A stretch of 64,000 nt of DNA, taken from positions 6,265 to 70,264 of the IMG/VR virus record IMGVR_UViG_3300032180_000006. One strand, given 5' to 3'. Under the pieces are notes generated by a model. The model was given only the letters and a program-made list of their open reading frames with translations. It did not search any database and was not told the origin of the DNA. Numbering within the stretch: the stretch's first letter is position 1; every line of letters begins with the position of its first letter. Source of the stretch: a virus. Of this stretch, positions 6,194 through 15,073 are shown piece after piece. The translations under genes and the position numbers were made by a program.

Positions 6194-6933
6194 TAAAATT
6201 TACACGGTCCATTCTTTGATTTGCTGAAGAAGCACCACCTGCAATGATTGCCGGGTTTCGGCGCAAAACGTCTATCGCGAAACATCGGCACTGTGCGCGT
6301 GAGCCACTGCTGCTTCAATTCATCAAGCTGGTCGGCTGTGTAATCATCTTCATGTTTATCACCGCTGTCGGCGTACCAGTGCGCAACCTGCACAGCAGCG
6401 GCATCAGGGTACATAAGCATCGCGCCCAACGCATACAAATCGCGCTGCATTTTGTGTTCTTCGGCGTGCACCTTACCTGTCTTGTAGTCAATGATGACGA
6501 CCGTAGTTTGATTGGTAAAACCGTGTGTTCTGCTGCCTACAGGTTTTTTAGCCACTTCAAGATAGTGAACGTCTACCTTGATGCGCAACCACGCACGCGG
6601 CATATCAAACCAGTCACAGCTTTCCCAATCGCGTGTAAAAGCCCATTGCTGCTCTGTTAATGCTTTGCGCCTGCGCAGGTCATTGATTTCTTTTTTGAAC
6701 ACATCAAGTTCTTTTGGAAACGTCTTCAAATTGCCGCTTACATACTTGTCCGCGTTTTTATGCACGGCGTCGCCATGCGCGCCGCTAGGACTGTCGGGTT
6801 CTTTTATTTTATCTACGTGTTTATAGCGTGCTTGCGCAGGGCAGTTGGTATAATCCTTCCAACGACTAAATGACCACGCCAGCATCTGAAGAACCTTGTT
6901 GACGGTTTTCTTTCCTTTAACGATTCTGGTCAT
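6193..6933 (-). CDS. PD-(D/E)xK Cas4/AddB-like exonuclease
   Basis: SFS...CP, KVD, IIDYKTG, QxxLY, C-terminal CRWC..C. Confidence 0.85.
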   Translation of the reverse strand: MTRIVKGKKTVNKVLQMLAWSFSRWKDYTNCPAQARYKHVDKIKEPDSPSGAHGDAVHKNADKYVSGNLKTFPKELDVFKKEINDLRRRKALTEQQWAFTRDWESCDWFDMPRAWLRIKVDVHYLEVAKKPVGSRTHGFTNQTTVVIIDYKTGKVHAEEHKMQRDLYALGAMLMYPDAAAVQVAHWYADSGDKHEDDYTADQLDELKQQWLTRTVPMFRDRRFAPKPGNHCRWCFFSKSKNGPCKF

Positions 6934-7135
6934 TTAATCGCCTTTCAATTTTTGGCAGCGCTGAAATAACAGATTCAGACCATTCTGTAACTGCTACCAA
7001 CACGGCGCACGCTTCTAATATGCGTACAGCTAAGCGATCAGGATGCGACGATGTTGGATTTTTGATTTCTGGTGTTTGTTGTACTAAGTGAATTTGTGCA
7101 AATCGCAATTTTAGGTACGGATCTTGTCTATCCAT
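6917..7135 (-). CDS. Hypothetical protein
   Basis: Coupled ORF between pol and exonuclease. Confidence 0.55.
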   Translation of the reverse strand: MDRQDPYLKLRFAQIHLVQQTPEIKNPTSSHPDRLAVRILEACAVLVAVTEWSESVISALPKIERRLNDQNR

Positions 7136-9084
7136 TACACACTCCTTTGAAAATTGAGTCGTGTATCTTCCTTCAATTCTTGTAAGTGGCCCCAGTCTTT
7201 GCCGATCTCGCCGTCGCTGAGCATAGGTACGTCCATCTTCACGCTCTGCATCACGTCGCGCAGCAGCGTCATCTCATGCTTCATGGCGCGCTTAGGTGCG
7301 CTGATATCATTCTCGTCATGCACGGTTACTAAAAAGCGTGCATTACCCGTGCGCGGACCACACTTGGGATGCGCGTGGTAGCGGATGATGCTTTCCTTAG
7401 TGACGTCGCTGGCGCTGCCTTGAATCAGGTAGTTGAGCAGTTTGTAATAGAAATCCATCACTTTCTTATACTTCTTGCTGTAACCTGGTGGCTGCGCCAG
7501 ATACAGCCTGCCGCCCCAAGTGCGGATCGGCAACCCAGCTTTACCACGCTTGATTAAGGCTTCGTTCAACTGGCGAATACCGGGCAGCAGCTTGTCCTTA
7601 GCTTTGCGCAAGCGGCGAATAGTCTGTATATCGGTGTTTAGAGCTACCGCCAGCATCGCCTGACCTCGACCGTAAATGTCAGCGAAATTCAAAATTTTGG
7701 TAGGATCACGCGGCAACTCAATGCCTACTTCTTCAAGTATGCACTGTTGCACATCACGATGAATGTCGTACCATAATTTTTTCTCTGCTCCTTTCAATCG
7801 CGGATCGTTGATGTAATTCTGCATCAACTGCCCATCTTCAAAGTGAGCTAACAGGCGCAACTCCTGCTGATTGTAATCGCGGCGACCCCACAAATGGCTT
7901 CGTTCATCAGGCAGAAAATACTGCCTCATGTTCGGCAACTCTGGTACACGTAAGAACGCAGGATAGACGTAGCCATCTGCAATCGCCTTTTTCCAGTTCT
8001 TTGGTATGTTCTGGAAGTTTGGGCTGCTGCTGAACCGCCCTGTCTTAGCACCGCCTTTCTCTTCCCCTCGTACTTGGTTCCACTGCGTATGTATGCGCCC
8101 GCCCGTTTCACGCGCTACGTGCAGCCACGGCTCCATAAAGGTTCCTAGGCAGGTAGATAGTATGTTGCGGTAGCCAAACACGCTGGCGACGCGTTTATCA
8201 TTGAACATGTCCGCAGTCAGGTTCTTTTTGCTTACACTGCGTTGTCCTTCCGGATGGCGCTTGGTCGGCGCTGTGTAGTTCCATTCCGTAACTACGCCAG
8301 CAGCTTCCAGGGCATCAGCCATATCGTTATCGGCATCAATATTCAAATCCTTGACACCGAGTTTTTTGCGCAACCATATATCCGCTTTTTCAAGCGCGGC
8401 TGTGTAAATTTTGAAATCGCGCTCAAGCAGCGGTAAATTAACACGTATACCTTCACGCTCGTTAGCGAGCATGATTGGCATCAGTTGCCGTTCACGATCG
8501 TATGCCTCCAGCATATCTTGTTCGTAGATGGAAGGGTATAAATGGTCAAACAGTTTGTCGGTGCGCAAGACGTCGCCGTCCGCGTAGCGCCCTACCAGCC
8601 CGCCCGGTGCGCGGCAAATGTAGGCTCCCCACTTTTTAGGGCTGCGCCGTGCTTCAGATACGTTGGCAATAATCCAGTCACGTACATCATCGCGTTCCGT
8701 GCTGGGTATATTCAATATGCGCTCGGCACTGGGTTTTAAACTGAAGCTGCGAGCATACGGGTCGGCCAAAAACAACAGATACAAAGTGTCGTGCACGCGC
8801 TCCCAGCTAATCTTCGGCATATCCATGTGAGTTTGCGCTACATCAACGTCAAACTTCATATTCTGACCCAGTAGTGGAATGCCGCTTTTCCATGCACGGC
8901 TCAACTCACGACGCGCCTGCTCACGGGTACAGTTGTTGCCTTCCGGATGTGCAAAGGCCCAGTATTTACTTCGCTTCTCGCCGGGCCAGCGGATACTAAA
9001 ACCAACGGGTTTCGGTGGGTAGTGCGGGCGAGGTTCAATGCCATCTGTTTCAAAATCGAGCGTTATGCGCTTAGGTGCCTTCAT
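7135..9084 (-). CDS. DNA polymerase family A with 3'-5' exonuclease
   Basis: LDFET ExoI; TGRFSS.PNFQNIP; DYNQQELRLLAH; K..NF..IYG; LIQGSASD; VHDE. Confidence 0.95.
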   Translation of the reverse strand: MKAPKRITLDFETDGIEPRPHYPPKPVGFSIRWPGEKRSKYWAFAHPEGNNCTREQARRELSRAWKSGIPLLGQNMKFDVDVAQTHMDMPKISWERVHDTLYLLFLADPYARSFSLKPSAERILNIPSTERDDVRDWIIANVSEARRSPKKWGAYICRAPGGLVGRYADGDVLRTDKLFDHLYPSIYEQDMLEAYDRERQLMPIMLANEREGIRVNLPLLERDFKIYTAALEKADIWLRKKLGVKDLNIDADNDMADALEAAGVVTEWNYTAPTKRHPEGQRSVSKKNLTADMFNDKRVASVFGYRNILSTCLGTFMEPWLHVARETGGRIHTQWNQVRGEEKGGAKTGRFSSSPNFQNIPKNWKKAIADGYVYPAFLRVPELPNMRQYFLPDERSHLWGRRDYNQQELRLLAHFEDGQLMQNYINDPRLKGAEKKLWYDIHRDVQQCILEEVGIELPRDPTKILNFADIYGRGQAMLAVALNTDIQTIRRLRKAKDKLLPGIRQLNEALIKRGKAGLPIRTWGGRLYLAQPPGYSKKYKKVMDFYYKLLNYLIQGSASDVTKESIIRYHAHPKCGPRTGNARFLVTVHDENDISAPKRAMKHEMTLLRDVMQSVKMDVPMLSDGEIGKDWGHLQELKEDTRLNFQRSV

Positions 9085-9389
9085 ACAATCAATTTCTTTT
9101 CTCGTTCTACTCGCTCTTTCTCAGCCAGCACACCAATCGCCATGCCGTACATCATCGCCAGCGCCATCGCGTTCACAGGTGGCAAACTTTGTCTATATGC
9201 TTCCTCGGTTACTTCGGCAAGGAAATTCTTGAACATATTGCCGCCCTGTACTACGGCGTTTCTAAATTCCTCTACCAACTCAGCGCGCTCACTGTTGGCA
9301 CCGCGTCGCCAGTATTCATGGATAACGCCTTCTACATCGTATTTAACGCGATTGCCGCGTGCGATACGCTGTTGTTGTATCTTAGCCAT
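9081..9389 (-). CDS. Hypothetical protein
   Basis: AGGAGG RBS before MAKIQ. Confidence 0.6.
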   Translation of the reverse strand: MAKIQQQRIARGNRVKYDVEGVIHEYWRRGANSERAELVEEFRNAVVQGGNMFKNFLAEVTEEAYRQSLPPVNAMALAMMYGMAIGVLAEKERVEREKKLIV

Positions 9390-9615
9390 TGAGTTGAACC
9401 TCCTGTCCGTTAACTGCGATACTATGAATTGCCAGCCGCTCACGTTCACAGCGCAAGGTGTTATACCGCCCATAAATGCGCATGAGATAGCTGAAGCGAC
9501 GGCGCTTTTTCTTTTCTTCTTTTAACAATGCGCTGCATTGGTCTTCACTCAAATCGCGCAACGCTTTATTAAGATCAGCAAATTTCAGATCAAGTAATTG
9601 CGTAGCATTGAACAT
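9382..9615 (-). CDS. Hypothetical protein
   Basis: AAGGAG RBS. Confidence 0.65.
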   Translation of the reverse strand: MFNATQLLDLKFADLNKALRDLSEDQCSALLKEEKKKRRRFSYLMRIYGRYNTLRCERERLAIHSIAVNGQEVQLNG

Positions 9616-9637
9616 TGATTTCTCCTTAGAGAAAGCA

Positions 9638-9682
9638 GAGGCGGGCAGAGTTATGACAATAGTAAATTAGGCTGCCCGCCTC
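9638..9682 (-). terminator. Intergenic 11-bp hairpin (terminator or processing site)
   Basis: GAGGCGGGCAG/CTGCCCGCCTC with 23-nt loop, then TGCTTTCTCT on minus strand. Confidence 0.45.
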
Positions 9683-9691
9683 GGTTATGAT

Positions 9692-10498
9692 TTATGCAAA
9701 CTTGGCAGGTTTCTTTTTCGCCGCTGGCGCTGCCTGTCTGCCGCGTGCTGGCGGAGGCGCAGAGCGGCGATTGCCGCGTGCTGGCTTTTCAGCAGGTGTG
9801 ATCTGTACGTAGGGGAACTCAATTACTTTGGAGACGGCTTCAGCTTTCTGCGTCAGCGCTTCAAGCACGTCACCGTCATCAATCTGTTCAACGGTTTTGA
9901 ATGTCATGCGGAACTGCACGTCATCGTCAGGCACAAGAGCGATTTCGGTTACTACAGCCAGCGGCGGACGGTGCAGAGTGCTTTCAAGCTGGCGCACGTA
10001 GCCTGCCCACGCCTTAACGCTGGTTACAGGAACATGCACGTAAGCCTCTTCAGCTTGCAGTATGTCTTCTCCTAAGTCGCTCTCAGCCAGCACGGCCAGA
10101 CGGCGCGTGTTCTTACACGCTTTGCCCTTGCCACGGTCAGCGCTTCCCCACTCGTTTTGCGAGCAGCTTGCGCAGTCCTCGCCCTGCTTATTAGGGCTAT
10201 CATCGTGCGGTGCCATACCCTCTTCTTCCCTGCCGTAAGCATAGCAGGCCGGGCTGGCAGGGCTGCTGGGATCAAAGACACCTTCGTAGTACAGATTGGC
10301 GAAAATCTTATCTATGATAACGACACGCATTTTATTTTCAGGTATGTCAGCGCCTTTATAGCGCAGACGCCCGCCCTGCGTGCCGATTACATTGCCGCCG
10401 GATGTCACTTCGTTGGCTGCTGCCTTTGCCGCCATCTCCGCCAGCTTTGCATCCCACTTCGTCATTGCTGTTGTTTTCTTTCCAGGTTGTTTAGCCAA
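9692..10498 (-). CDS. Putative ssDNA-binding/annealing replication protein
   Basis: Position next to pol; CxxCxxNEWGS...GKACKN motif typical of phage replication-module proteins. Confidence 0.55.
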   Translation of the reverse strand: MAKQPGKKTTAMTKWDAKLAEMAAKAAANEVTSGGNVIGTQGGRLRYKGADIPENKMRVVIIDKIFANLYYEGVFDPSSPASPACYAYGREEEGMAPHDDSPNKQGEDCASCSQNEWGSADRGKGKACKNTRRLAVLAESDLGEDILQAEEAYVHVPVTSVKAWAGYVRQLESTLHRPPLAVVTEIALVPDDDVQFRMTFKTVEQIDDGDVLEALTQKAEAVSKVIEFPYVQITPAEKPARGNRRSAPPPARGRQAAPAAKKKPAKFA

Positions 10499-10642
10499 GT
10501 TAGTGCTCCTTAGGTAATACTACGATTTCGATTGCGGTTTCAAGTTCGGAGGCGCATTCTACAAGCGTTTCACGCTGAGCAGATCCTGTAGAATCATAGT
10601 CAGCTATTTCACGCCACTTCTTCACAAGGTCTTGTAGAGTTT

Positions 10643-10930
10643 TCATTTCGCGTTTGGACGCTGCGCGGCGTTCGGTGTTGGCCCGCCCGTTTGTACAGTT
10701 TCGGGGAATCCTATACCGCCCGCAAGCGCGTCCTTCTTCCAGAAGGCTCTCGCTTCAAGCACGACAAGTTGTTATTCATCGAAGGTCTGGCCGTCAATGG
10801 GTTTGCCGTCGTGCAGTTGTTCAGGCTGAACACAGATACGCACACATTTGTTCAACCATTCGGTACGACACACCACGATACCTTCAAAGTTTGTGATTAA
10901 ATCTTTTACTCTATCTCCGGGCTTAATCAT
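10643..10930 (-). pseudogene. SH3/KOW-like phage protein interrupted by in-frame TAA at 10772-10774
   Basis: MIKPGDRVKD..FDE*QLVVLE..TGGP; frame stays open to a TGA overlapping the next ATG. Confidence 0.55.
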
Positions 10931-11337
10931 TTCGCTCCCTTCAGTAGTGTGCAACTAACAGTCTTAGCCTGTAGACGGCCGATGCCGGGTACTTGCTTCT
11001 TTGCTTCCCAGCGTTCTTCAACGGCTGTTGTGCTAAGTCGTTTCTGCATCAAGTCAAACTGCCCAGTGCGTTTGATGTACGTGTACAGCTTGTCCCAGTC
11101 TTCCACAATAGGAACAGGCTTGGGGTTAACCTGCACGCGAGCAATACGGCCAGCAACACCCGTACTGTCTTTGCTTAAACTGTTGATGAAGAAGTCTTTC
11201 AGCGTAGATTCAAGCGTTTCTAGCTTCTCAACCTGCTTTTGCAGCGCCAGCCGTTCTTCGCGTGTTTTATACAGCAGGTCAGCGCATTGTGCTGCGGATT
11301 TAGGGATTGGTGGTTTGGTGGTTTTTGATTTTGCCAT
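10927..11337 (-). CDS. Coiled-coil phage protein (replication/recombination module)
   Basis: Coiled coil then VEDWDKLY..I; coupled ORF. Confidence 0.7.
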   Translation of the reverse strand: MAKSKTTKPPIPKSAAQCADLLYKTREERLALQKQVEKLETLESTLKDFFINSLSKDSTGVAGRIARVQVNPKPVPIVEDWDKLYTYIKRTGQFDLMQKRLSTTAVEERWEAKKQVPGIGRLQAKTVSCTLLKGAK

Positions 11338-11340
11338 CTC

Positions 11341-11565
11341 TTACGTTGGGCCATCTGCCATTACTGAACCGTGGAATGGCTGCTCACTGGTTGGCTGCTC
11401 TGTTGCACGCAAAGCGTTGGTAATTTTCTCAAGTTCAAGCGGTGTCAATCTGTACAATACTAAGTTGAACATGCCGCCGCTTGTGCTGTAGACATCGGGT
11501 TCTAAATGGTGAGGTAGCTTTGCTTGCAATTTAAGTTCGTACTCTGTCTTAGTATCTTTTTGCAT
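11341..11565 (-). CDS. Hypothetical protein
   Basis: ORF in operon. Confidence 0.5.
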   Translation of the reverse strand: MQKDTKTEYELKLQAKLPHHLEPDVYSTSGGMFNLVLYRLTPLELEKITNALRATEQPTSEQPFHGSVMADGPT

Positions 11566-11729
11566 TGATGATTGTTCCCAGCGCCGCGCAAGGGCTTCGT
11601 CACAAGGTTGGTCCTCTATCCACGTTGCGCGGCGTTACAACAATCAGCAAGCCTTTCGGCTAACCTTTCTGCTTGCGCATAAGTCACCTCCCGATCTTTT
11701 GTTTGTTGGGTAATGTTTGAAGCCCAGTA

Positions 11730-11758
11730 ATTATAAAAGCCTATTTTATAGATTGCAA
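11730..11758 (-). promoter_or_regulatory. Sigma70-like promoter
   Basis: TTGCAA-17 nt-TATAAT. Confidence 0.7.
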
Positions 11759-12475
11759 TGGGTAAGGTTTAAGATCTGCAACGGTGCGCTGTATCTGCCA
11801 GTGATCGCCAAACAAATCCAAGGTAGATGGCGCGTAGATTCTGTTAATGCGCTTCCATGTCAACCATATCACGGCTTGAATCTGCTGCGGACTGTGCATT
11901 CTATATTCAAGTACATCGGCGACGCTGCGCACATCGCGTTCAACTTCAGCATAGTTGAAGCCCATTGTGGCAACTAATTTCAAATTGTTTACTTGACCGC
12001 ACCACGCATTGACCATGTGGCCGTCGACCACTATAGGGCAATCTCTGTTCGCTGGCTCAAGTATGCAGCGATAGAAGGCGCGTGTCTTCAGGCCTTTGGT
12101 GCGTCCAAGGAAATCAACGCCTCCTAGAAAGTCATAGGCGCGCTGGCGACAGGCGTTGAACGCAGTGGTAGTGATTTCTGTGACTGGTCGCTGGCGTAAA
12201 TGCCAGTACATCAACGTCGCAAGGCTGCGTAGATTTTTATGGTAATCGTTGTTCGGGCTCAAGGCTACAAACGCGGCCACGGTTGAAGACACGGTGTAAC
12301 CGTAGTGATCAGCCAGCGCCAGCAGCACAGCGTTGAGGCGTTGGTAATACCCAGTGCCTGCTTCCCAGTCAATGGCATCAGCCTGCGCCAGCACCTTTAA
12401 CAAGCGTGAAACCGTACCTTGCAATCTCGGTAGCGTCAATTGTCTCCCCTGCACGTAGCCTCCAGTAGATAGCAT
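11741..12475 (-). CDS. HhH-glycosylase-like phage protein (DUF7178-like)
   Basis: ALSPNN, KTRAFY, VVDGH, QIQAVIW motifs. Confidence 0.6.
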   Translation of the reverse strand: MLSTGGYVQGRQLTLPRLQGTVSRLLKVLAQADAIDWEAGTGYYQRLNAVLLALADHYGYTVSSTVAAFVALSPNNDYHKNLRSLATLMYWHLRQRPVTEITTTAFNACRQRAYDFLGGVDFLGRTKGLKTRAFYRCILEPANRDCPIVVDGHMVNAWCGQVNNLKLVATMGFNYAEVERDVRSVADVLEYRMHSPQQIQAVIWLTWKRINRIYAPSTLDLFGDHWQIQRTVADLKPYPLQSIK

Positions 12476-12731
12476 GCCAGCGCTTGTGATGCGTACGACA
12501 TAGCAGATGGCATTTCTTAAGTTCCTGCCGTCGCCGTTCCTTACTCATGCTGGTTAGGCGATGGCTGATTTTTATGCTTGGATCTTCGTGGTGCAGCTCT
12601 AAGAATAGTTGACTGTTGCATACAACGCACATACCGCCCAGCGCGGCAATACATTCGTCTCGTATTTTCTGTTTGTATCTCTTTTGGTACGCTTTGAAAT
12701 ATTCTGGGTGAGACTTCCATGTAAAAGGCAT
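12378..12731 (-). CDS. HNH endonuclease
   Basis: LGGMCVVC...LELHHEDP...KCHLLCRTHH. Confidence 0.8.
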   Translation of the reverse strand: MPFTWKSHPEYFKAYQKRYKQKIRDECIAALGGMCVVCNSQLFLELHHEDPSIKISHRLTSMSKERRRQELKKCHLLCRTHHKRWHAIYWRLRAGETIDATEIARYGFTLVKGAGAG

Positions 12732-13396
12732 CAGCCGTGCGGCGCTGCTATCCAGCGTTCCGCAGCGGCAAAGTAGTTCTTATTTGCCAACACGGTATTC
12801 CACCCTCTGGGTTCGCTGGGTTTTAAACTGCACTGATCTTTAATAAATTGAAAACGATGCGGTAATGCGAACTTTAGAAGATGCGGGTTAAGTATAAACA
12901 AACGCATCGTCTCTGCCCATGCTTCCCATTGCTTTGGTTCGTAGCTGCTAACTTGCTTCTTATGTTGTTTTAAGATACTATCCCATTCAGGACTTCGTCC
13001 CCACCAACGTTCATCACGACTTCGCAAGCATTCTTCAACATAATGACCCAGCTCGTGAGCTACTACACCGACAGCCGTGCGGTCAGTCTTCCAACCGGGC
13101 CAGCTCCAACGTCGCATACCGGGTTGCTGCACGGGCAGCGCCGTCACCGCTACGTTAACGAAGATAACTCCGCGGCTGTAGAGTCCTGTATGTGCTCCCA
13201 CCAACGCGGCATTCGGCATCACTTTGCGCGCGAAGCGTATAGCATCCGCGGTTTCTTGAGTACTGACGAATGCGTGTGATAGTTCATCGTACGTTATAAA
13301 TATCGGATGCGGTATTTTGTTGACGTCACAAAACCGCTTCGCCAACTTCACGCCGCGTTGGTAGAGTTGTTCTTTGATTTGTAATGATGTATTCAA
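12731..13396 (-). CDS. Zincin-like metallopeptidase
   Basis: AHELGH (HExxH) and downstream SSY...EAWAE. Confidence 0.7.
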   Translation of the reverse strand: MNTSLQIKEQLYQRGVKLAKRFCDVNKIPHPIFITYDELSHAFVSTQETADAIRFARKVMPNAALVGAHTGLYSRGVIFVNVAVTALPVQQPGMRRWSWPGWKTDRTAVGVVAHELGHYVEECLRSRDERWWGRSPEWDSILKQHKKQVSSYEPKQWEAWAETMRLFILNPHLLKFALPHRFQFIKDQCSLKPSEPRGWNTVLANKNYFAAAERWIAAPHG

Positions 13397-13398
13397 TT

Positions 13399-13872
13399 TT
13401 AAGTTACCTTACGATGTTCTTGACAACGACGCATAGCTTCTTTTTCGTGTTCAGGAAAATTTGATTTCCATTTTTCCGGATGTTCCTTTGATTGCGTGTG
13501 CTTACCGCCCACACCTTTAGGACCGTTATTGTAGTACCATTTATGAGTGCGTTGAATAACTGCGTTAGCAGTTGGCAGTCGCCCTGTCTGTTCTTTATAA
13601 TCTTCAAATAGATCAGGACAAACTTGCTTTAAGAAATTCCATGCACCTTTTGCCGTCAAACCTGCATCAGCAAAATTATTGTTATAGGCACGCGCATCAC
13701 TATTCACTATTTGATTCTTATATCTATGATAAAGACAAAGTAGAGCTACGATGCCTGCGTCACGTGTCCTCCAACTATAGTTACGACTATGCCGTGGTTT
13801 TCGTTCATACGGGTATTGTCGATTGGTGAATCTATCCTTTGGTAATTGGTGATCTTGGTGTGTGATCGTCAT
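13399..13872 (-). CDS. Hypothetical protein (AT-rich)
   Basis: AAGGAG RBS before MTITH. Confidence 0.6.
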   Translation of the reverse strand: MTITHQDHQLPKDRFTNRQYPYERKPRHSRNYSWRTRDAGIVALLCLYHRYKNQIVNSDARAYNNNFADAGLTAKGAWNFLKQVCPDLFEDYKEQTGRLPTANAVIQRTHKWYYNNGPKGVGGKHTQSKEHPEKWKSNFPEHEKEAMRRCQEHRKVT

Positions 13873-14311
13873 GATTTGTCTCCTTTGGAAGTTTGTACAT
13901 GCGCCCATCGGGCTGCACTATAAAGCCATGCCGCGTGTACCACGCTTTAAGCTGCTGGCGCGTTAACTGTGGCTGCTGCTGGCCGCATGGTTGCACCAGC
14001 CCTGCCAAGGCTACCCGGTGCCGCTGGGCGAGCTCTGTAAGCCACGCCAGAGCCTCTGTACCATACCCTAAACCACGTTGCACGCTGCGCAGGCTGCTTA
14101 GCCATACAAGCTGCCCGCCCGTGGCACGGCTGACCTGCACAGCGAATACCGCCTTCGCTCGCCACACATGTTCCTGCTTGTTGAACGGATTGACTTCCGT
14201 CTGCGCATAAAACTCTTGCAAGAAAGCGCGGATGTTCTGCGCGTAATGCCACGGGCAATTCGTATCTGAGCAGGTACACATTTTTTCGAAGATGCGCTGC
14301 GCTATACTCAT
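13832..14311 (-). CDS. GNAT family acetyltransferase
   Basis: QRGLGYGT acetyl-CoA motif; WYTRHGF. Confidence 0.75.
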   Translation of the reverse strand: MSIAQRIFEKMCTCSDTNCPWHYAQNIRAFLQEFYAQTEVNPFNKQEHVWRAKAVFAVQVSRATGGQLVWLSSLRSVQRGLGYGTEALAWLTELAQRHRVALAGLVQPCGQQQPQLTRQQLKAWYTRHGFIVQPDGRMYKLPKETNHDDHTPRSPITKG

Positions 14312-14604
14312 TTCTCAATTTTCTTTGCATCAATTGGTTTCTCGTCAATATCTATACGGCCAATCATCAACCAATTACCATGCTCTTCACCGTCACCGTT
14401 AGGGTAGCGCATGATACGCACGCCGCGCACATTTGGAAACGTCTTGCCGCAAAATTTACACCTACCCACACCTATGCTAAAAGAGGGTAATTCGATAACG
14501 AATGTCATACCGCGAAATGGAAATTCAAAATCAATAGAGTCTTGGCAGCAATACGCGCCGCCTATTTCATCTTGACATTTTAACTGTGCTTCATGCAGTG
14601 GCAT
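14308..14604 (-). CDS. Hypothetical Cys-rich protein
   Basis: ATGA overlap with downstream gene; CKFCG. Confidence 0.55.
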   Translation of the reverse strand: MPLHEAQLKCQDEIGGAYCCQDSIDFEFPFRGMTFVIELPSFSIGVGRCKFCGKTFPNVRGVRIMRYPNGDGEEHGNWLMIGRIDIDEKPIDAKKIEK

Positions 14605-15073
14605 TATTCTGCTCTAGGTATTTTTCTTTCATTATTTCGTACGCTGCTGCCGCCTCTTTTTTGCTCTTAAAAGAACCGAGACGGACTTTACTATTGCCGC
14701 GAGTTATATATGCTTCCCACTGTTTTGAGCGTTTGTCCCAGCTAACGCCAGTAAACCCAGAAGTATTATGAGAGCGTAGTCCAACTTTTAAATACACCGT
14801 ACTTCTTAATTCCAATACTAAATTTTCTTTACGAAAATCCATCCTATTACTATTCTTAAAAACAACTTGTCGTTTATCGCCAGTCTTATCAACGCCCATA
14901 ATAAATCGGGACAGCTGTGTCGTTACCTGTTTGTTATTTGATTGTGAGACATTGATTACTGTGACATAAAATCCTCGTGTAATAGACACAGTCCATTTCT
15001 TTGTGCTTACTTTATCGAAATCATCATCATCAACAATCGCAACGAACCCACGGTTTAACTGTATTTCCTTCAT
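14591..15073 (-). CDS. HNH-AP2 domain protein, nuclease motif degenerate
   Basis: AIVDDDDF; VVFKNSNRMDFRKENL; NTSGFTGVSW...LGSF...AAAAY. Confidence 0.8.
   Translation of the reverse strand: MKEIQLNRGFVAIVDDDDFDKVSTKKWTVSITRGFYVTVINVSQSNNKQVTTQLSRFIMGVDKTGDKRQVVFKNSNRMDFRKENLVLELRSTVYLKVGLRSHNTSGFTGVSWDKRSKQWEAYITRGNSKVRLGSFKSKKEAAAAYEIMKEKYLEQNNATA

Noticed and set aside
9636-9650. GCAGAG motifs on the plus strand as a twister
   Set aside because: Wrong strand and no other core elements; explained by a simple hairpin
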